A DNA stretch of 64,000 nt from Patescibacteria group bacterium (GTDB lineage: Bacteria > Patescibacteriota > Patescibacteriia > JACQRZ01): positions 42,911 to 106,910 of the forward strand of contig JBBTRI010000001.1 in the NCBI GenBank assembly GCA_038065255.1, written 5' to 3'. The translations under genes and the position numbers were made by a program. Positions 10,858 through 21,116 of this stretch are shown here, one piece after another. How positions within the stretch are numbered: the stretch's first letter is position 1; the number at the start of each line of letters is the position of its first letter. The notes under the pieces were generated by a model. It had not been told where the DNA came from, ran no database searches, and saw nothing but the letters and a program-made list of their open reading frames with translations.

Positions 10858-12331
10858 GGCATTGCTGGCGAGCCTTGCCGGCCTTGTCTCGTTTGTTATC
10901 GTCGAGATTTTGCTTTCACCCGTTTGGGCGTTGGCAGTATTAGCCGTTATTACTATCGCAGTGTGTTCTTGGTATCGGCCACTGTGGGTTGTGTGGGCGA
11001 TTGCCGCTGTGCTGCCATTCGAACCTTTTGTGCTCAAGTGGGTGGGGGATGAACTCTATATTGCTGCACGCTACGCAAGCGAGGCGCTGATCTATATTGT
11101 TGCCGGCGTAACAGTGATCCAAAAATGTGTTCAGGGGAAAAGGCTCTCATTGGGTCCACTTGCGTTGCCGCTTGCAACTTTCGCTGGTATTGCAGTGGCG
11201 AGTGCGGTTGCCAATCACAATACACTGTTCGATAGCGCTATGGGTCTGCGGCAGATATTTCGCTATATGCTACTGTATGTCGCTGTCGTGTTGCTAGCTC
11301 CCCATGAGAAATGGACGCAGGGAAGTATGATCGGCATTGCAGGAATAGCATTGTTTGAAAGTGTGCTGGGTAGTGTGCAGGCACTTACCGGTGGCAGTCT
11401 TGATGGGTTTCTCATGCCGACGGGACAAAAGTTTATAGAATCAATCACACTCACCATGGGTACCAGCGGTTTTTGGCAGGAAGGGCAGCGGGTGTTTGCC
11501 ACCATGGGGCGTTACGACCAATTGGGAATATTTTTATCGTTTGTACTTCTTCTTGTTGTTGGATTTCTCTTTGAGAATACCAACCGGAAACCCTCACGTT
11601 TTTGGTGGTGGGTGCTTGGCGCAGGATGTGTTGCACTTGTTCTTACCTATTCGCGCGCAGCATGGTTTGGTTTTGCAATCGGGTTTGCGGTATGCGGCAT
11701 AGGGATCAAGCGGAATTGGCGCATTGCCGCAGGCTATATGGCCGTGCTACTACTTGCCGTTGCAATGTATGCATCCTTGGGGATAGCACAGCACTATCGC
11801 ATTGATCTGCCGAACCAGACGCTTACTGAACGTCTTTTTGAAAGTGTTTCTATTCAGCGTATCTTGGGGGAGTACTATGCATTGGGGCGCACGTATTTTT
11901 TACTCCATGTTCCCGTAAACGTACTTGAGCATGCGCCGCTTCTGGGTGTTGGCCCCGGCATGTTTGGCGGGGGCGCAGCTGCAGCGCTGCATAATACGGA
12001 AAAATATGCAGAGTTGAACCTGCCTTACGGCATCAATGGCACGGAAGGATATATCGACAATAATTGGCTTTCACTCCTCGGTGAAACGGGATATCTAGGC
12101 GTGGCGGCATACGCACTTATACTCATAGTATTGGCACGAACTGCATTGCGGGTGCACCGATCAAGCCAGTCGCCCCTTATGCGCGGGCTTGCTCTTGGAT
12201 ACTGTGGAGCATTGGCGGCATTTGCTTTTCAAGGATTTTTTGCAACCTATTTTGAAGTGCGGACACTGGCGCCCTATATCTGGATATTCGGAGGAATACT
12301 TGCTGCAGAAGACATGAAAATTCTCGTATGA
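10805..12331 (+). CDS. O-antigen ligase/Wzy_C-family membrane protein
   Basis: Multi-TM; LTYSRAAW, PLLGVGPG, DNNWLSLLGETG. Confidence 0.8.
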   Translation: MSSGTITHTNSAYSGLDKALLASLAGLVSFVIVEILLSPVWALAVLAVITIAVCSWYRPLWVVWAIAAVLPFEPFVLKWVGDELYIAARYASEALIYIVAGVTVIQKCVQGKRLSLGPLALPLATFAGIAVASAVANHNTLFDSAMGLRQIFRYMLLYVAVVLLAPHEKWTQGSMIGIAGIALFESVLGSVQALTGGSLDGFLMPTGQKFIESITLTMGTSGFWQEGQRVFATMGRYDQLGIFLSFVLLLVVGFLFENTNRKPSRFWWWVLGAGCVALVLTYSRAAWFGFAIGFAVCGIGIKRNWRIAAGYMAVLLLAVAMYASLGIAQHYRIDLPNQTLTERLFESVSIQRILGEYYALGRTYFLLHVPVNVLEHAPLLGVGPGMFGGGAAAALHNTEKYAELNLPYGINGTEGYIDNNWLSLLGETGYLGVAAYALILIVLARTALRVHRSSQSPLMRGLALGYCGALAAFAFQGFFATYFEVRTLAPYIWIFGGILAAEDMKILV

Positions 12332-13614
12332 AAATTCTCATCGCACATAAATATTGGTTCCCTCGTGACGGATCAACAACGCACGTCTTTGACCTTGTTG
12401 AGATGTTGGTATCCCATGGGCATACCGTGATTCCGTTTGGCATGCGCATGAATAGTGACGAAGCACAGATGTGCGAACACATTCCGCTTATCAAACAACT
12501 CACGGATCGCTATACACATTTTTTTGTGAGCAGGTGCGATTTCAACAGTGCTAAAGGAATTATTCAAAAAATACATCTCTTCTGTAGGATGCTCTACTCG
12601 CTTGAAGCAAAGAGAAAATTTCGTGCACTAGCAATCCAAGAGCGTCCGGATATTGTCCATATCCACAATATCTACCACCACATTTCTCCATCCATTCTCG
12701 ATGTATGCAGGGAGCTAAATATACCGGTAGTGCAAACAGTTCACGATTACAAACTGGTGTGCCCCAACTATAAACTTTTTGCCCGTGCCGCTATCGACGA
12801 GGGATGCTTGAAAGGAAATTATTTTCATGATGCATGGAACCGCTCTGTGAAGGGATCAATTCTTGCCGGCATGGCATGTGCGATTGAAATGACTATTCAT
12901 CGAGCACTTGGTATGAATACAAAAATGATTCAGAAGTGGATTGCGCCCTCATCTATTGTTGCCGAAAAACTCATACAGGGGGGATATTCAGAAACCAAAA
13001 TCTACACGCTTAATCATTTTGTAAAGAGTGCCGACGATAGTAGTGATCACATTCAAAAAAAGGATTTCCTTCTCTGTGTTGGCCGCCTATCCGAAGAAAA
13101 GGGATTTGATGTTGCACTAGCTGCGCTGAAGTACCTTAGTTTGCCGCTTGTTATTGTTGGCGATGGCTCTGCTCGTGAATCATTGGAACGCCATGCGGCA
13201 ACGAGCGGAGTTTCCGATCGAGTGCATTTTGCAGGTTTCCAGCCCCGGGAGGAAGTACGGCGGTTGATGGCGTCCGCACGCTTCGTACTTGTGCCATCCC
13301 GATGGCATGAGCCGTTCTGTTACGTTGTGCCGGAAAGCTTGTTTGCACACACGCTACCGATAGGATCCGATATTGGAGCATTGAGAGAATTGCTTGGCGC
13401 AGTATCAGAAAAACTTTTAGTTCCAGGAGGCGATCCTATTGCACTTGCCGGAAGGATTACCGAGTTGCTCGGCAATACGGCGCTCATGGAAGATCTTATC
13501 AACAAAGGCATACAGCACTATGAAAATATCTGTTTACCTCAAGTATATTACGACTCACTCATGAATGTATACCGCGAAGCCGTGCAAGAGTTGAAAACGG
13601 ACAAGATTCTCTGA
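12328..13614 (+). CDS. Glycosyltransferase family 4
   Basis: HDYKLVCP, VGRLSEEKG, PSRWHEPF...ES. Confidence 0.9.
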   Translation: MKILIAHKYWFPRDGSTTHVFDLVEMLVSHGHTVIPFGMRMNSDEAQMCEHIPLIKQLTDRYTHFFVSRCDFNSAKGIIQKIHLFCRMLYSLEAKRKFRALAIQERPDIVHIHNIYHHISPSILDVCRELNIPVVQTVHDYKLVCPNYKLFARAAIDEGCLKGNYFHDAWNRSVKGSILAGMACAIEMTIHRALGMNTKMIQKWIAPSSIVAEKLIQGGYSETKIYTLNHFVKSADDSSDHIQKKDFLLCVGRLSEEKGFDVALAALKYLSLPLVIVGDGSARESLERHAATSGVSDRVHFAGFQPREEVRRLMASARFVLVPSRWHEPFCYVVPESLFAHTLPIGSDIGALRELLGAVSEKLLVPGGDPIALAGRITELLGNTALMEDLINKGIQHYENICLPQVYYDSLMNVYREAVQELKTDKIL

Positions 13615-13619
13615 TTACG

Positions 13620-13736
13620 AAACTCCGCCCAGGTGTTCGTCTGGCAGGTTTTTGACGAGCGACGGCGAGGAATCTAAGCAATTTTCTAGCAGGGAAATTG
13701 CGGCCCCGACAGATGAACACCTGGAGCGAAGAGTTT
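13620..13736. repeat. Intergenic ~117-bp palindromic element
   Basis: AAACTC..CCAGGTGTTCGTCTG pairs with CAGATGAACACCTGG..GAGTTT; internal GCAATTTT/GAAATTGC hairpin. Confidence 0.7.
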
Positions 13737-13800
13737 AGAATTCGGGAAGCCTTAGGCAGCCTTGACAAGTAGCTTCTTTTGTGGTTAGGTATGGTTCACT

Positions 13801-14931
13801 ATGAGAATAGTCATGATCGGACAAAAGGGCCTTCCTGCCCGCAGCGGAGGTATTGAGCGCCATGTGGAAGATTTGGCTCTGCGCTTGGTGCGCGAAGGGC
13901 ACGAGGTAATTGCGTATTGCCGGTCTTCTTATGTGGGTGACAGGGGAACACAAAAATATTATGAAGGTGTTCACTGTATTACCGTTCCTACTATTTGCAG
14001 TAAGCATTTTGAAACTGTCATTCAAACATTTTTTGCATCCATTCATGCACTCTTCATGCATGCTGATATCATCCACTACCATGGTATCGGCCCGTCTCTG
14101 TTTGCGTGGATCCCTCGACTGCTTGCTCCGCGCTCACGCGTTATCGCAACATTTCACTGCCAGGATTATTTTCACCAAAAGTGGGGTTGGTTGGCCCGCT
14201 GTGTTTTTCGGCTAGGTGAAGTGGTTTGCTGCACATTGCCGCATCGCACGATTGCCGTATCTCAAACAATTCAGACATATATCAAAAAAACATACGGTAG
14301 GGATGCAGTGTACCTTCCCAATGCCGTTGTGCTTCCCTCGCACGAGAAAAGCGATACGCATGTGCGGCAATTTGGACTTTCCAAAAACAACTATATCCTT
14401 CTTGTCTCGCGCCTTGTGCGGCACAAAAATATTCATTTTGTCATAAAGGGATACCAAGTCATGCAGCGGCGCGGTAGTGTATTGCCGAAACTTGCCATTG
14501 TTGGTTCCGCATGCCACACCGATGACTATGAAGCAGAATTAAAAGCATTATCTGCAGGAGATCCGAATATCTTGTTTCTTGGAGAGCAAACGGGCGAACC
14601 ACTAGCCCAGCTTTACTGTAATGCACGTCTCTTTGTGCATGCTTCCCAGAGCGAAGGTTTATCTTATGCTATCTTAGAGGCAATGAGCTATGGATGCCCC
14701 GTGCTCGTATCTGATATTGCAGAAAATGTTGAAATCCTTCATGCAGTCGGCACAACGTTTGCCGCAAATAATATCAAAGACTTTATTTTCAAACTGAACG
14801 CATTGTTGGTATCGGAGGGTGCGCCGATTGCCTCTGCGCAAACATACAAAAGCGTTATTGAACGATTCTATAATTCTGAAACGGTTTTTTCGCAAACGCT
14901 TGCTCTCTACCGGCAATTCAAAGAATGCTAG
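13801..14931 (+). CDS. Glycosyltransferase family 4
   Basis: MRIVMIGQKGLPARSGGIERHV and EGLSYAILEAMSYG. Confidence 0.92.
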   Translation: MRIVMIGQKGLPARSGGIERHVEDLALRLVREGHEVIAYCRSSYVGDRGTQKYYEGVHCITVPTICSKHFETVIQTFFASIHALFMHADIIHYHGIGPSLFAWIPRLLAPRSRVIATFHCQDYFHQKWGWLARCVFRLGEVVCCTLPHRTIAVSQTIQTYIKKTYGRDAVYLPNAVVLPSHEKSDTHVRQFGLSKNNYILLVSRLVRHKNIHFVIKGYQVMQRRGSVLPKLAIVGSACHTDDYEAELKALSAGDPNILFLGEQTGEPLAQLYCNARLFVHASQSEGLSYAILEAMSYGCPVLVSDIAENVEILHAVGTTFAANNIKDFIFKLNALLVSEGAPIASAQTYKSVIERFYNSETVFSQTLALYRQFKEC

Positions 14932-15049
14932 CATGGCGCTGGCGAAAAGGCATTTGCATTTTTCTGGAGACTTTCTTATACTACCATTCGTTGCGGCATG
15001 GATAGCGTATGCGCCGCTTTTTTCTTGTATACATTAGGTTACTTACCAT

Positions 15050-17137
15050 ATGAAGCAATCATCAAAAATGCGCCTCTCTCCGCGCGCAAAGCTCCGTTGG
15101 ATTATCGCAGGAGTATTTCTCCTTACACTTATTGCAACAGCCTACAATAGCATTGAATTTTATAATGCCAATAAAGGCGCACTCGAAGCGCGACTCCGTA
15201 CGGTTGAGCCTCTTAAAGGTATTTCACTCCCTGAGATTCATATTCCCGTCTGGCCCGCGGAACGCTTTAGGCTTGGACTTGACCTTCGCGGAGGAACCCA
15301 TCTTGTGTATCAGGCTGATCTGGCAAAAACAGCTGCAAAGGACCAGACTTCCGCGCTTGAAGGCGCGCGAGATGTTATTGAGCGGCGCGTGAATATGTTT
15401 GGCGTTGCAGAGCCGGTTGTACAAACAGTAAAAGTAGGCAACGATTATCGTATTATTGTGGAGCTTGCGGGGGTAAGTGATATTTCGCAGGCAATCAAGA
15501 TGATCGGCGATACGCCGCTTTTGGAATTCAAAACAGCTAATCCGGCAAAAGATCAGCAGGTTATTATGTCATTGACCCCCGAACAACAGAAAGAGATCGA
15601 TACATTCAATGCCGATAGGCGCGCAAAAGCAGAAAGTGTTTTGAAACAGGCAAAGGAAGGAGCGCAATTCGGAGAGCTCGCAAAAAGCTTTTCCGATGAT
15701 GAACTTACAAAAGAAAAGGGCGGAGAGGTGGGATGGCTCTCGCCGGATTCCCAAGGAAATGCCCTCTATGATATGGCCGCAAAAGGAAAAACAGGCGAGC
15801 TGCTCCCCGATATTCTCACAGGACCGGATGGCCTCAGTATTGTGAAGGTCTTAGGGGCGCGGGATAATGGCGAAATAAAAGCAAACCATTTATTGATATG
15901 CTATAAGGGTGCACAGAGCTGCAGCAAGGAAACGTCAAAGGATGACGCGCGAAAACAACTAGAAGATTTGAAAAAACAGCTTACCAAAGAAAATTTTGTT
16001 GAATTTGCAAAAAAATATTCCACCGAACCGGGAGCACCGGAACGTGGCGGTGATTTGGGGTGGTTTGGCAGGGGCGTTATGGTCAAACCATTTGAGGACG
16101 GAGCGTTTCCGCTCGCCAAAGGCGCAATTTCAGATAGTATCGAAACTGCATTTGGGTATCATCTGATTTATAAACAGGATGAGCGGACAGTAAAGCAGTA
16201 TAATGTTGCGCGGGTGCTGTTGAAAACAAAATCAGCTGCAGATTTCCAGAAAAAGCCCGACGAGTGGCTGGCGACAGAACTTACCGGTAAGCAGTTGAAA
16301 CGGGCATATGTTGACTTTGACCCGCAAACACAGGCTCCCGAAGTGGGTTTGGAATTTGACGATGAAGGAAAGAAATTGTTCGGCGATCTTACAGCGGCAA
16401 ATGTTGGTAAGGAAATTGCCATTTTCTTGGATGCTCAGCCGATCAGCATTCCGCGAGTGAACCAGCCGATCAAAGAAGGCAAGGCTGTGATTACCGGAAA
16501 TTTTGCGCTTCAAGAAGCAAAGCTTTTGGCACAGCGCTTAAATACGGGCGCGCTGCCGATTCCTGTCACACTCATCAGTCAGCAGACAATTGGAGCAAGT
16601 TTGGGAAACGAATCACTTCAAAAGAGCTTACAGGCGGGACTCATCGGATTTGCGCTTGTTGCACTGTTCATGATCCTGTTTTATCGCATACCCGGCCTCA
16701 TAGCCGTGATCGCTCTCTGCATGTATGCAATGCTTACCCTAGCGCTTTTCAAGATCTGGCCGGTAACATTGAGCCTTGCGGGTATTGCGGGTTTTATCCT
16801 TTCGGTCGGTATGGCTGTGGATGCGAATATCTTAATTTTTGAACGCATGAAGGAAGAGCTTCACTGGGGAAAGAATCTCGATGGAAGTATTCGTGATGGG
16901 TTTAGGCGTGCATGGACATCTATTCGCGACAGCAATATGTCGTCATTGATTACGTGCTTTATCCTCTTCTGGTTTTCCGCAAGTCTTATCAAAGGTTTTG
17001 CGTTGACGCTTGCATTGGGTATTGCATTGAGCATGTTTACCGCGATTGTCATTACACGAATGCTCTTGCGTTTGGTATCCGGCTGGAAACTGCGTAACCA
17101 CGAATGGCTATTTAACAATACAAAAAAGAACGTATGA
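15050..17137 (+). CDS. secD: SecD with two inserted parvulin (PpiC-type PPIase) domains
   Basis: LGLDLRGG, IERRVNMFGVAEP and GMAVDANILIFER; internal AKSFSDD..KGGEVGW and HLLI..AKKYS..GGDLGWF..MVKPFE rotamase motifs. Confidence 0.95.
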   Translation: MKQSSKMRLSPRAKLRWIIAGVFLLTLIATAYNSIEFYNANKGALEARLRTVEPLKGISLPEIHIPVWPAERFRLGLDLRGGTHLVYQADLAKTAAKDQTSALEGARDVIERRVNMFGVAEPVVQTVKVGNDYRIIVELAGVSDISQAIKMIGDTPLLEFKTANPAKDQQVIMSLTPEQQKEIDTFNADRRAKAESVLKQAKEGAQFGELAKSFSDDELTKEKGGEVGWLSPDSQGNALYDMAAKGKTGELLPDILTGPDGLSIVKVLGARDNGEIKANHLLICYKGAQSCSKETSKDDARKQLEDLKKQLTKENFVEFAKKYSTEPGAPERGGDLGWFGRGVMVKPFEDGAFPLAKGAISDSIETAFGYHLIYKQDERTVKQYNVARVLLKTKSAADFQKKPDEWLATELTGKQLKRAYVDFDPQTQAPEVGLEFDDEGKKLFGDLTAANVGKEIAIFLDAQPISIPRVNQPIKEGKAVITGNFALQEAKLLAQRLNTGALPIPVTLISQQTIGASLGNESLQKSLQAGLIGFALVALFMILFYRIPGLIAVIALCMYAMLTLALFKIWPVTLSLAGIAGFILSVGMAVDANILIFERMKEELHWGKNLDGSIRDGFRRAWTSIRDSNMSSLITCFILFWFSASLIKGFALTLALGIALSMFTAIVITRMLLRLVSGWKLRNHEWLFNNTKKNV

Positions 17138-18036
17138 AAACATTCAACATCATCAACAAAAGGTATTTTTGGCTTTCGATTTCGGCAGGCATGCTCGTAG
17201 TTGGCATTGTGGCATTGGCGCTTTGGCAGCTGAAGTTCGGCATCGATTTCACCGGCGGAAGCCTTTTGGAAGTTGCATATTCCCAATCGCGGCCCCCATT
17301 GAAGGATTTGAACGGCATACTTGAACACGCAGGCATTAAAGATGCGGAGATTAAACCATCGGGGGAGAGGGGCGTTATTTTCCGTTTTAAAACTGTTGAC
17401 GAGCCGACACATCAGGCGATCATAGCTGGATTGAAAAAAGAGGACAGTGCTCTTGTTGAACGGTCATTCGATTCGATCGGGCCCATCATAGGAAGCGAGC
17501 TCAAACAGAAATCGATTATTGCCATTGTGCTGGCACTTGTGATGATATTGCTGTATATCTCGTTTGTATTCCGAAAAGTATCATTTCCTGTTGCTTCGTG
17601 GAAATATGGCACATGTGCTATTATAGCGCTCTTCCATGATCTTCTGTTTGTTCTTGGCATATTCGCATTCTTGGGACATTTCGGCGGCATTGAAGTGAAC
17701 AGTTCGTTTATCCCGGCATTTCTGACGGTTCTTGGTTTTTCGGTGCATGATACGATTGTGGTATTCGACCGTATTCGTGAAAATCTCACCAAATTCCGCG
17801 GGGAATTCGAAGATATTGTGAATAAATCTCTCAATGAAACAATTGTTCGCTCTATTAATACGTCGCTAACAGTGCTTCTGGTGCTTCTCGCCATTTTCTT
17901 TTTTGGCGGTGAAACGATCAAAACATTTTCCCTCGCGTTACTGTTGGGTATTGCCATCGGAACCTATTCATCAATTTTTGTTGCATCACCAATGCTGGTG
18001 GCATGGAATGAATGGGAAGCAAAACATAAGAAGTAG
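17134..18036 (+). CDS. secF: Protein translocase subunit SecF
   Basis: GIDFTGG, GFSVHDTIVVFDRIREN, RSINTS, GTYSSIFVA. Confidence 0.97.
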   Translation: MKTFNIINKRYFWLSISAGMLVVGIVALALWQLKFGIDFTGGSLLEVAYSQSRPPLKDLNGILEHAGIKDAEIKPSGERGVIFRFKTVDEPTHQAIIAGLKKEDSALVERSFDSIGPIIGSELKQKSIIAIVLALVMILLYISFVFRKVSFPVASWKYGTCAIIALFHDLLFVLGIFAFLGHFGGIEVNSSFIPAFLTVLGFSVHDTIVVFDRIRENLTKFRGEFEDIVNKSLNETIVRSINTSLTVLLVLLAIFFFGGETIKTFSLALLLGIAIGTYSSIFVASPMLVAWNEWEAKHKK

Positions 18037-18088
18037 TATGTAGAGAGATAGCATCTAATCCCTCCGCGATAATGCCTCATGTGTGGCA

Positions 18089-18117
18089 TTGAAATTGTGA
18101 GTAAAAAGTGCTATACT
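18089..18117 (+). promoter_or_regulatory. Sigma70 promoter, near-leaderless
   Basis: TTGAAA-17 nt-TATACT with TGn, 8 nt before ATG 18126. Confidence 0.65.
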
Positions 18118-18125
18118 ATACCTAT

Positions 18126-19523
18126 ATGGAATTTTTGCTCGACTTGATTCCAAATTTTTCTAATCCGTTTTCCGCAATGTGGTGGATGTTAAGCGGGGGC
18201 GGTTGGTTTATTATCCTTCTCATTTCCGTCAATGGCTTGTGGAAAATGTGGCTGAAAGACAGGCGCGGAGCCTATCTTGGGGCTATTGATTATGTTTTTT
18301 TGGCCATCAATGTTCCCAAGCAGACAGAACAGCCTCCGAAAGCGATTGAAAATTTCTTTCTTCACATGACAGGGCTTTTCAGCGGCAAAGGAACGCTTAT
18401 CGATCGATTTTGGAAAGGGAAATTACAAGACCGTTTTTCGTGCGAACTCATTAGTCGCGGGGGATTTGTCCAGTTCTATGTCCGTATTGCGGCTAAATAC
18501 CGGCCATTACTTGAAGCTTCTATTTTTGCCCAGTATCCCGATGCTGAAATCACTGAGACGACCGACTATGTGCTCGATGTTCCTCAGTATTGGCCTGATG
18601 AAAATTATGAAATGTGGGGATCGGAGCTTGTTCTTACCAGGCCCTATATGTATCCCATCAAGACGTATATCAGTTTTGAAGATAAGCTTTCAGGAACATT
18701 CAAAGATCCACTTGCAACTTTATTCGAATACCTTTCAACGCTTAAACAGGGTGAGCAGGCATGGATCCAAATCGCCCTCGTTGCAACAGATAATACATGG
18801 CACAAAAACGGCCTTGATGAGGTGAAAAGGCTTATTGGGCAAAAAGTTTCCCACAAGAGCAGCGCCATTGATACGCTTACCAAGGGTCTGTTTGGATGGG
18901 TAGTGAATCTTGCACATGAGTTTACAAAAGAATTATTCGGTTTTGCCGGCAGTGGTCCGGGTGAGGGTGGCAAAGCCGCGGGAGGGCAGAACTATCCGAG
19001 TCTTATGCAATTTCTTTCTCCGGGAGAAAAAAATGTTTTGGAGCAAATTCAGATGAAATTAGCAAAGCCAGGTTTTTTTGTGAAAATCCGCTTGGTATAT
19101 CTGGCGCCGCGGCAGATATACATGAAACAGCGTGCGATGGCAGGTCTTTTGGGCGCATTCAAGCAATTTAGTATTCTTGATTTGAATACCTTCACCATGG
19201 ACGATTGTTCAAAAGTATCCGCAAATTATTTCTTTGTTCCCCAGCGCATAGCGAGGCGGCAGAACAAGCTTATGCGCGCGTATAGGAATCGTTCGGCTGT
19301 CGGAGGGCATCCCCCCTATATTCTTAATGCTGAGGAGCTTGCAACGCTCTGGCACTTCCCTATGATAGACATTGCCGCGCCGTTGTTGAGTAAAACAGCA
19401 AGTCGGAGGGGTGAACCGCCCAAATCACTTCCACTTCATGAGGTTGCCACTGCACCATCGCGCGCACCACTTCCTTCGCTGGAAGAAACAGAAGACACGC
19501 CAGATAATATTCCTTTTCTATGA
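18126..19523 (+). CDS. Conserved hypothetical membrane protein coupled to the VirD4-like ATPase
   Basis: N-terminal TM; AQYPDAEI, YPIKTY and ILNAEELATLWHFP motifs; ATGA overlap with the next gene. Confidence 0.7.
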   Translation: MEFLLDLIPNFSNPFSAMWWMLSGGGWFIILLISVNGLWKMWLKDRRGAYLGAIDYVFLAINVPKQTEQPPKAIENFFLHMTGLFSGKGTLIDRFWKGKLQDRFSCELISRGGFVQFYVRIAAKYRPLLEASIFAQYPDAEITETTDYVLDVPQYWPDENYEMWGSELVLTRPYMYPIKTYISFEDKLSGTFKDPLATLFEYLSTLKQGEQAWIQIALVATDNTWHKNGLDEVKRLIGQKVSHKSSAIDTLTKGLFGWVVNLAHEFTKELFGFAGSGPGEGGKAAGGQNYPSLMQFLSPGEKNVLEQIQMKLAKPGFFVKIRLVYLAPRQIYMKQRAMAGLLGAFKQFSILDLNTFTMDDCSKVSANYFFVPQRIARRQNKLMRAYRNRSAVGGHPPYILNAEELATLWHFPMIDIAAPLLSKTASRRGEPPKSLPLHEVATAPSRAPLPSLEETEDTPDNIPFL

Positions 19524-21097
19524 CAGACATTACACCGGTTGGCATTGCAAATTTCAGAAACCACAATCGGCGGTTCGGTATTAAAACCGACGATCGCCGG
19601 CGCCACATGTATATTATCGGTAAAACCGGCATGGGCAAATCAACCACGCTCGAGAATATGATCATAGAAGATATTCGCATGGGCAGGGGAGTTGGCGTTG
19701 TTGATCCTCATGGGGAGCTTGCTGAAACGATCCTTCGGTACATTCCTTCAAACCGCGTTAACGATGTTGTGTATATCAATCCCGGGGATATGGACTATCC
19801 GGTCGCGTTTAATATTTTGGAAACTGTTGACGAGCGGCATAAGCATTTGGTCGCATCCGGGCTCATGGGGGTATTCAAAAAAATCTGGCCAGATGTGTGG
19901 AGCCCTCGTATGGAATATATTCTTAACAATACCCTTCTCGCTCTCTTGGATTATCCGGGAAGCACCATGCTTGGCGTGAATCGCATGTTGGCGGATAAGC
20001 CCTATCGGCTTAAAGTTATTGAAAAGATAAAAGACCCTATCGTCAAGGCATTTTGGGTGAGCGAATTTGCAAAGTATAACGAAAAATTTGCGACAGAAGC
20101 CATTGCTCCTATTCAAAATAAGGTAGGGCAGTTTTTATCTGCTTCTATTATTCGCAATATTGTGGGTCAGGTGAAGTCGACTATCAATATTCGCGACATT
20201 ATGGATGAAGGAAAGATTTTGATCCTCAATCTTTCCAAGGGAAGAATCGGCGAGGACAACAGCCGCCTGCTAGGGGGTATGCTGATTACCAAAATTCAGC
20301 TTTCAGCCATGGAGCGCGTAGATGTGCCCGAAGAAGACCGCCGCGATTTTTTCCTCTATGTTGATGAATTTCAAAACTATGCTACGGAAAGTTTTGCGAA
20401 TATTTTATCTGAGGCGCGAAAATACCACTTGAGCTTGATTATGGCGCACCAATATATTGAGCAACTTGACGAAACTGTTCGTGCTGCCGTGTTTGGCAAC
20501 GTCGGAACTATTATTACATTCCGTGTCGGTGCCGGAGATGCGGAATTTTTAGTGAAAGAATTCACGCCGCGTTTTATTGAAGAAGATTTGGTGAATTTAC
20601 CCAAGCATGCCTTCTATATCAAACTTATGATCGATGGATTGGTATCCGATCCATTTTCATCAAACGGATTGCCGCCGTTTCCCAAAGAAGATATTACAGG
20701 CAACGAGGAAAAGGTCATTCGTGTTTCGCGCGAACGCTATGCAAAGAAACGCGAGCTTGTGGAAGAAAAAATCACACGGTGGACAGAGAGTATGCAGGAA
20801 GAAGATCGCAAACGCGAAGAACAGCAAGGAGAACGGATGACATCGCGGGATCGTTTTGACCGCGGTTCAGATAGACGTGACAGACCGCCGATGCGTTCGC
20901 GTCCTCCGCGTAGAGACGATCGTAGAGACGATCGCAGAGATGACCAATTTCAAGATCGTCCGCGCGCTCCCCAAGGAATGACGCATCCTCCTAGTCCAAG
21001 AAAAATACAACCAGCTCCAAGTCAGCCACCAATTTCTTTGACAGATTTAGCTGCAAAAAAACCAACGTCGTTTACAGGGCCAAAAAAAGCGCAGTAA
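19520..21097 (+). CDS. VirD4/TraG-like (HerA-FtsK superfamily) coupling ATPase
   Basis: Walker A GKTGMGKS, VVDPHG, Walker B LYVDEFQ, SEARKY, VFGNVGT; R/D/P-rich tail. Confidence 0.88.
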   Translation: MTDITPVGIANFRNHNRRFGIKTDDRRRHMYIIGKTGMGKSTTLENMIIEDIRMGRGVGVVDPHGELAETILRYIPSNRVNDVVYINPGDMDYPVAFNILETVDERHKHLVASGLMGVFKKIWPDVWSPRMEYILNNTLLALLDYPGSTMLGVNRMLADKPYRLKVIEKIKDPIVKAFWVSEFAKYNEKFATEAIAPIQNKVGQFLSASIIRNIVGQVKSTINIRDIMDEGKILILNLSKGRIGEDNSRLLGGMLITKIQLSAMERVDVPEEDRRDFFLYVDEFQNYATESFANILSEARKYHLSLIMAHQYIEQLDETVRAAVFGNVGTIITFRVGAGDAEFLVKEFTPRFIEEDLVNLPKHAFYIKLMIDGLVSDPFSSNGLPPFPKEDITGNEEKVIRVSRERYAKKRELVEEKITRWTESMQEEDRKREEQQGERMTSRDRFDRGSDRRDRPPMRSRPPRRDDRRDDRRDDQFQDRPRAPQGMTHPPSPRKIQPAPSQPPISLTDLAAKKPTSFTGPKKAQ

Positions 21098-21116
21098 CAG
21101 CCCAACACTGCTGTCT

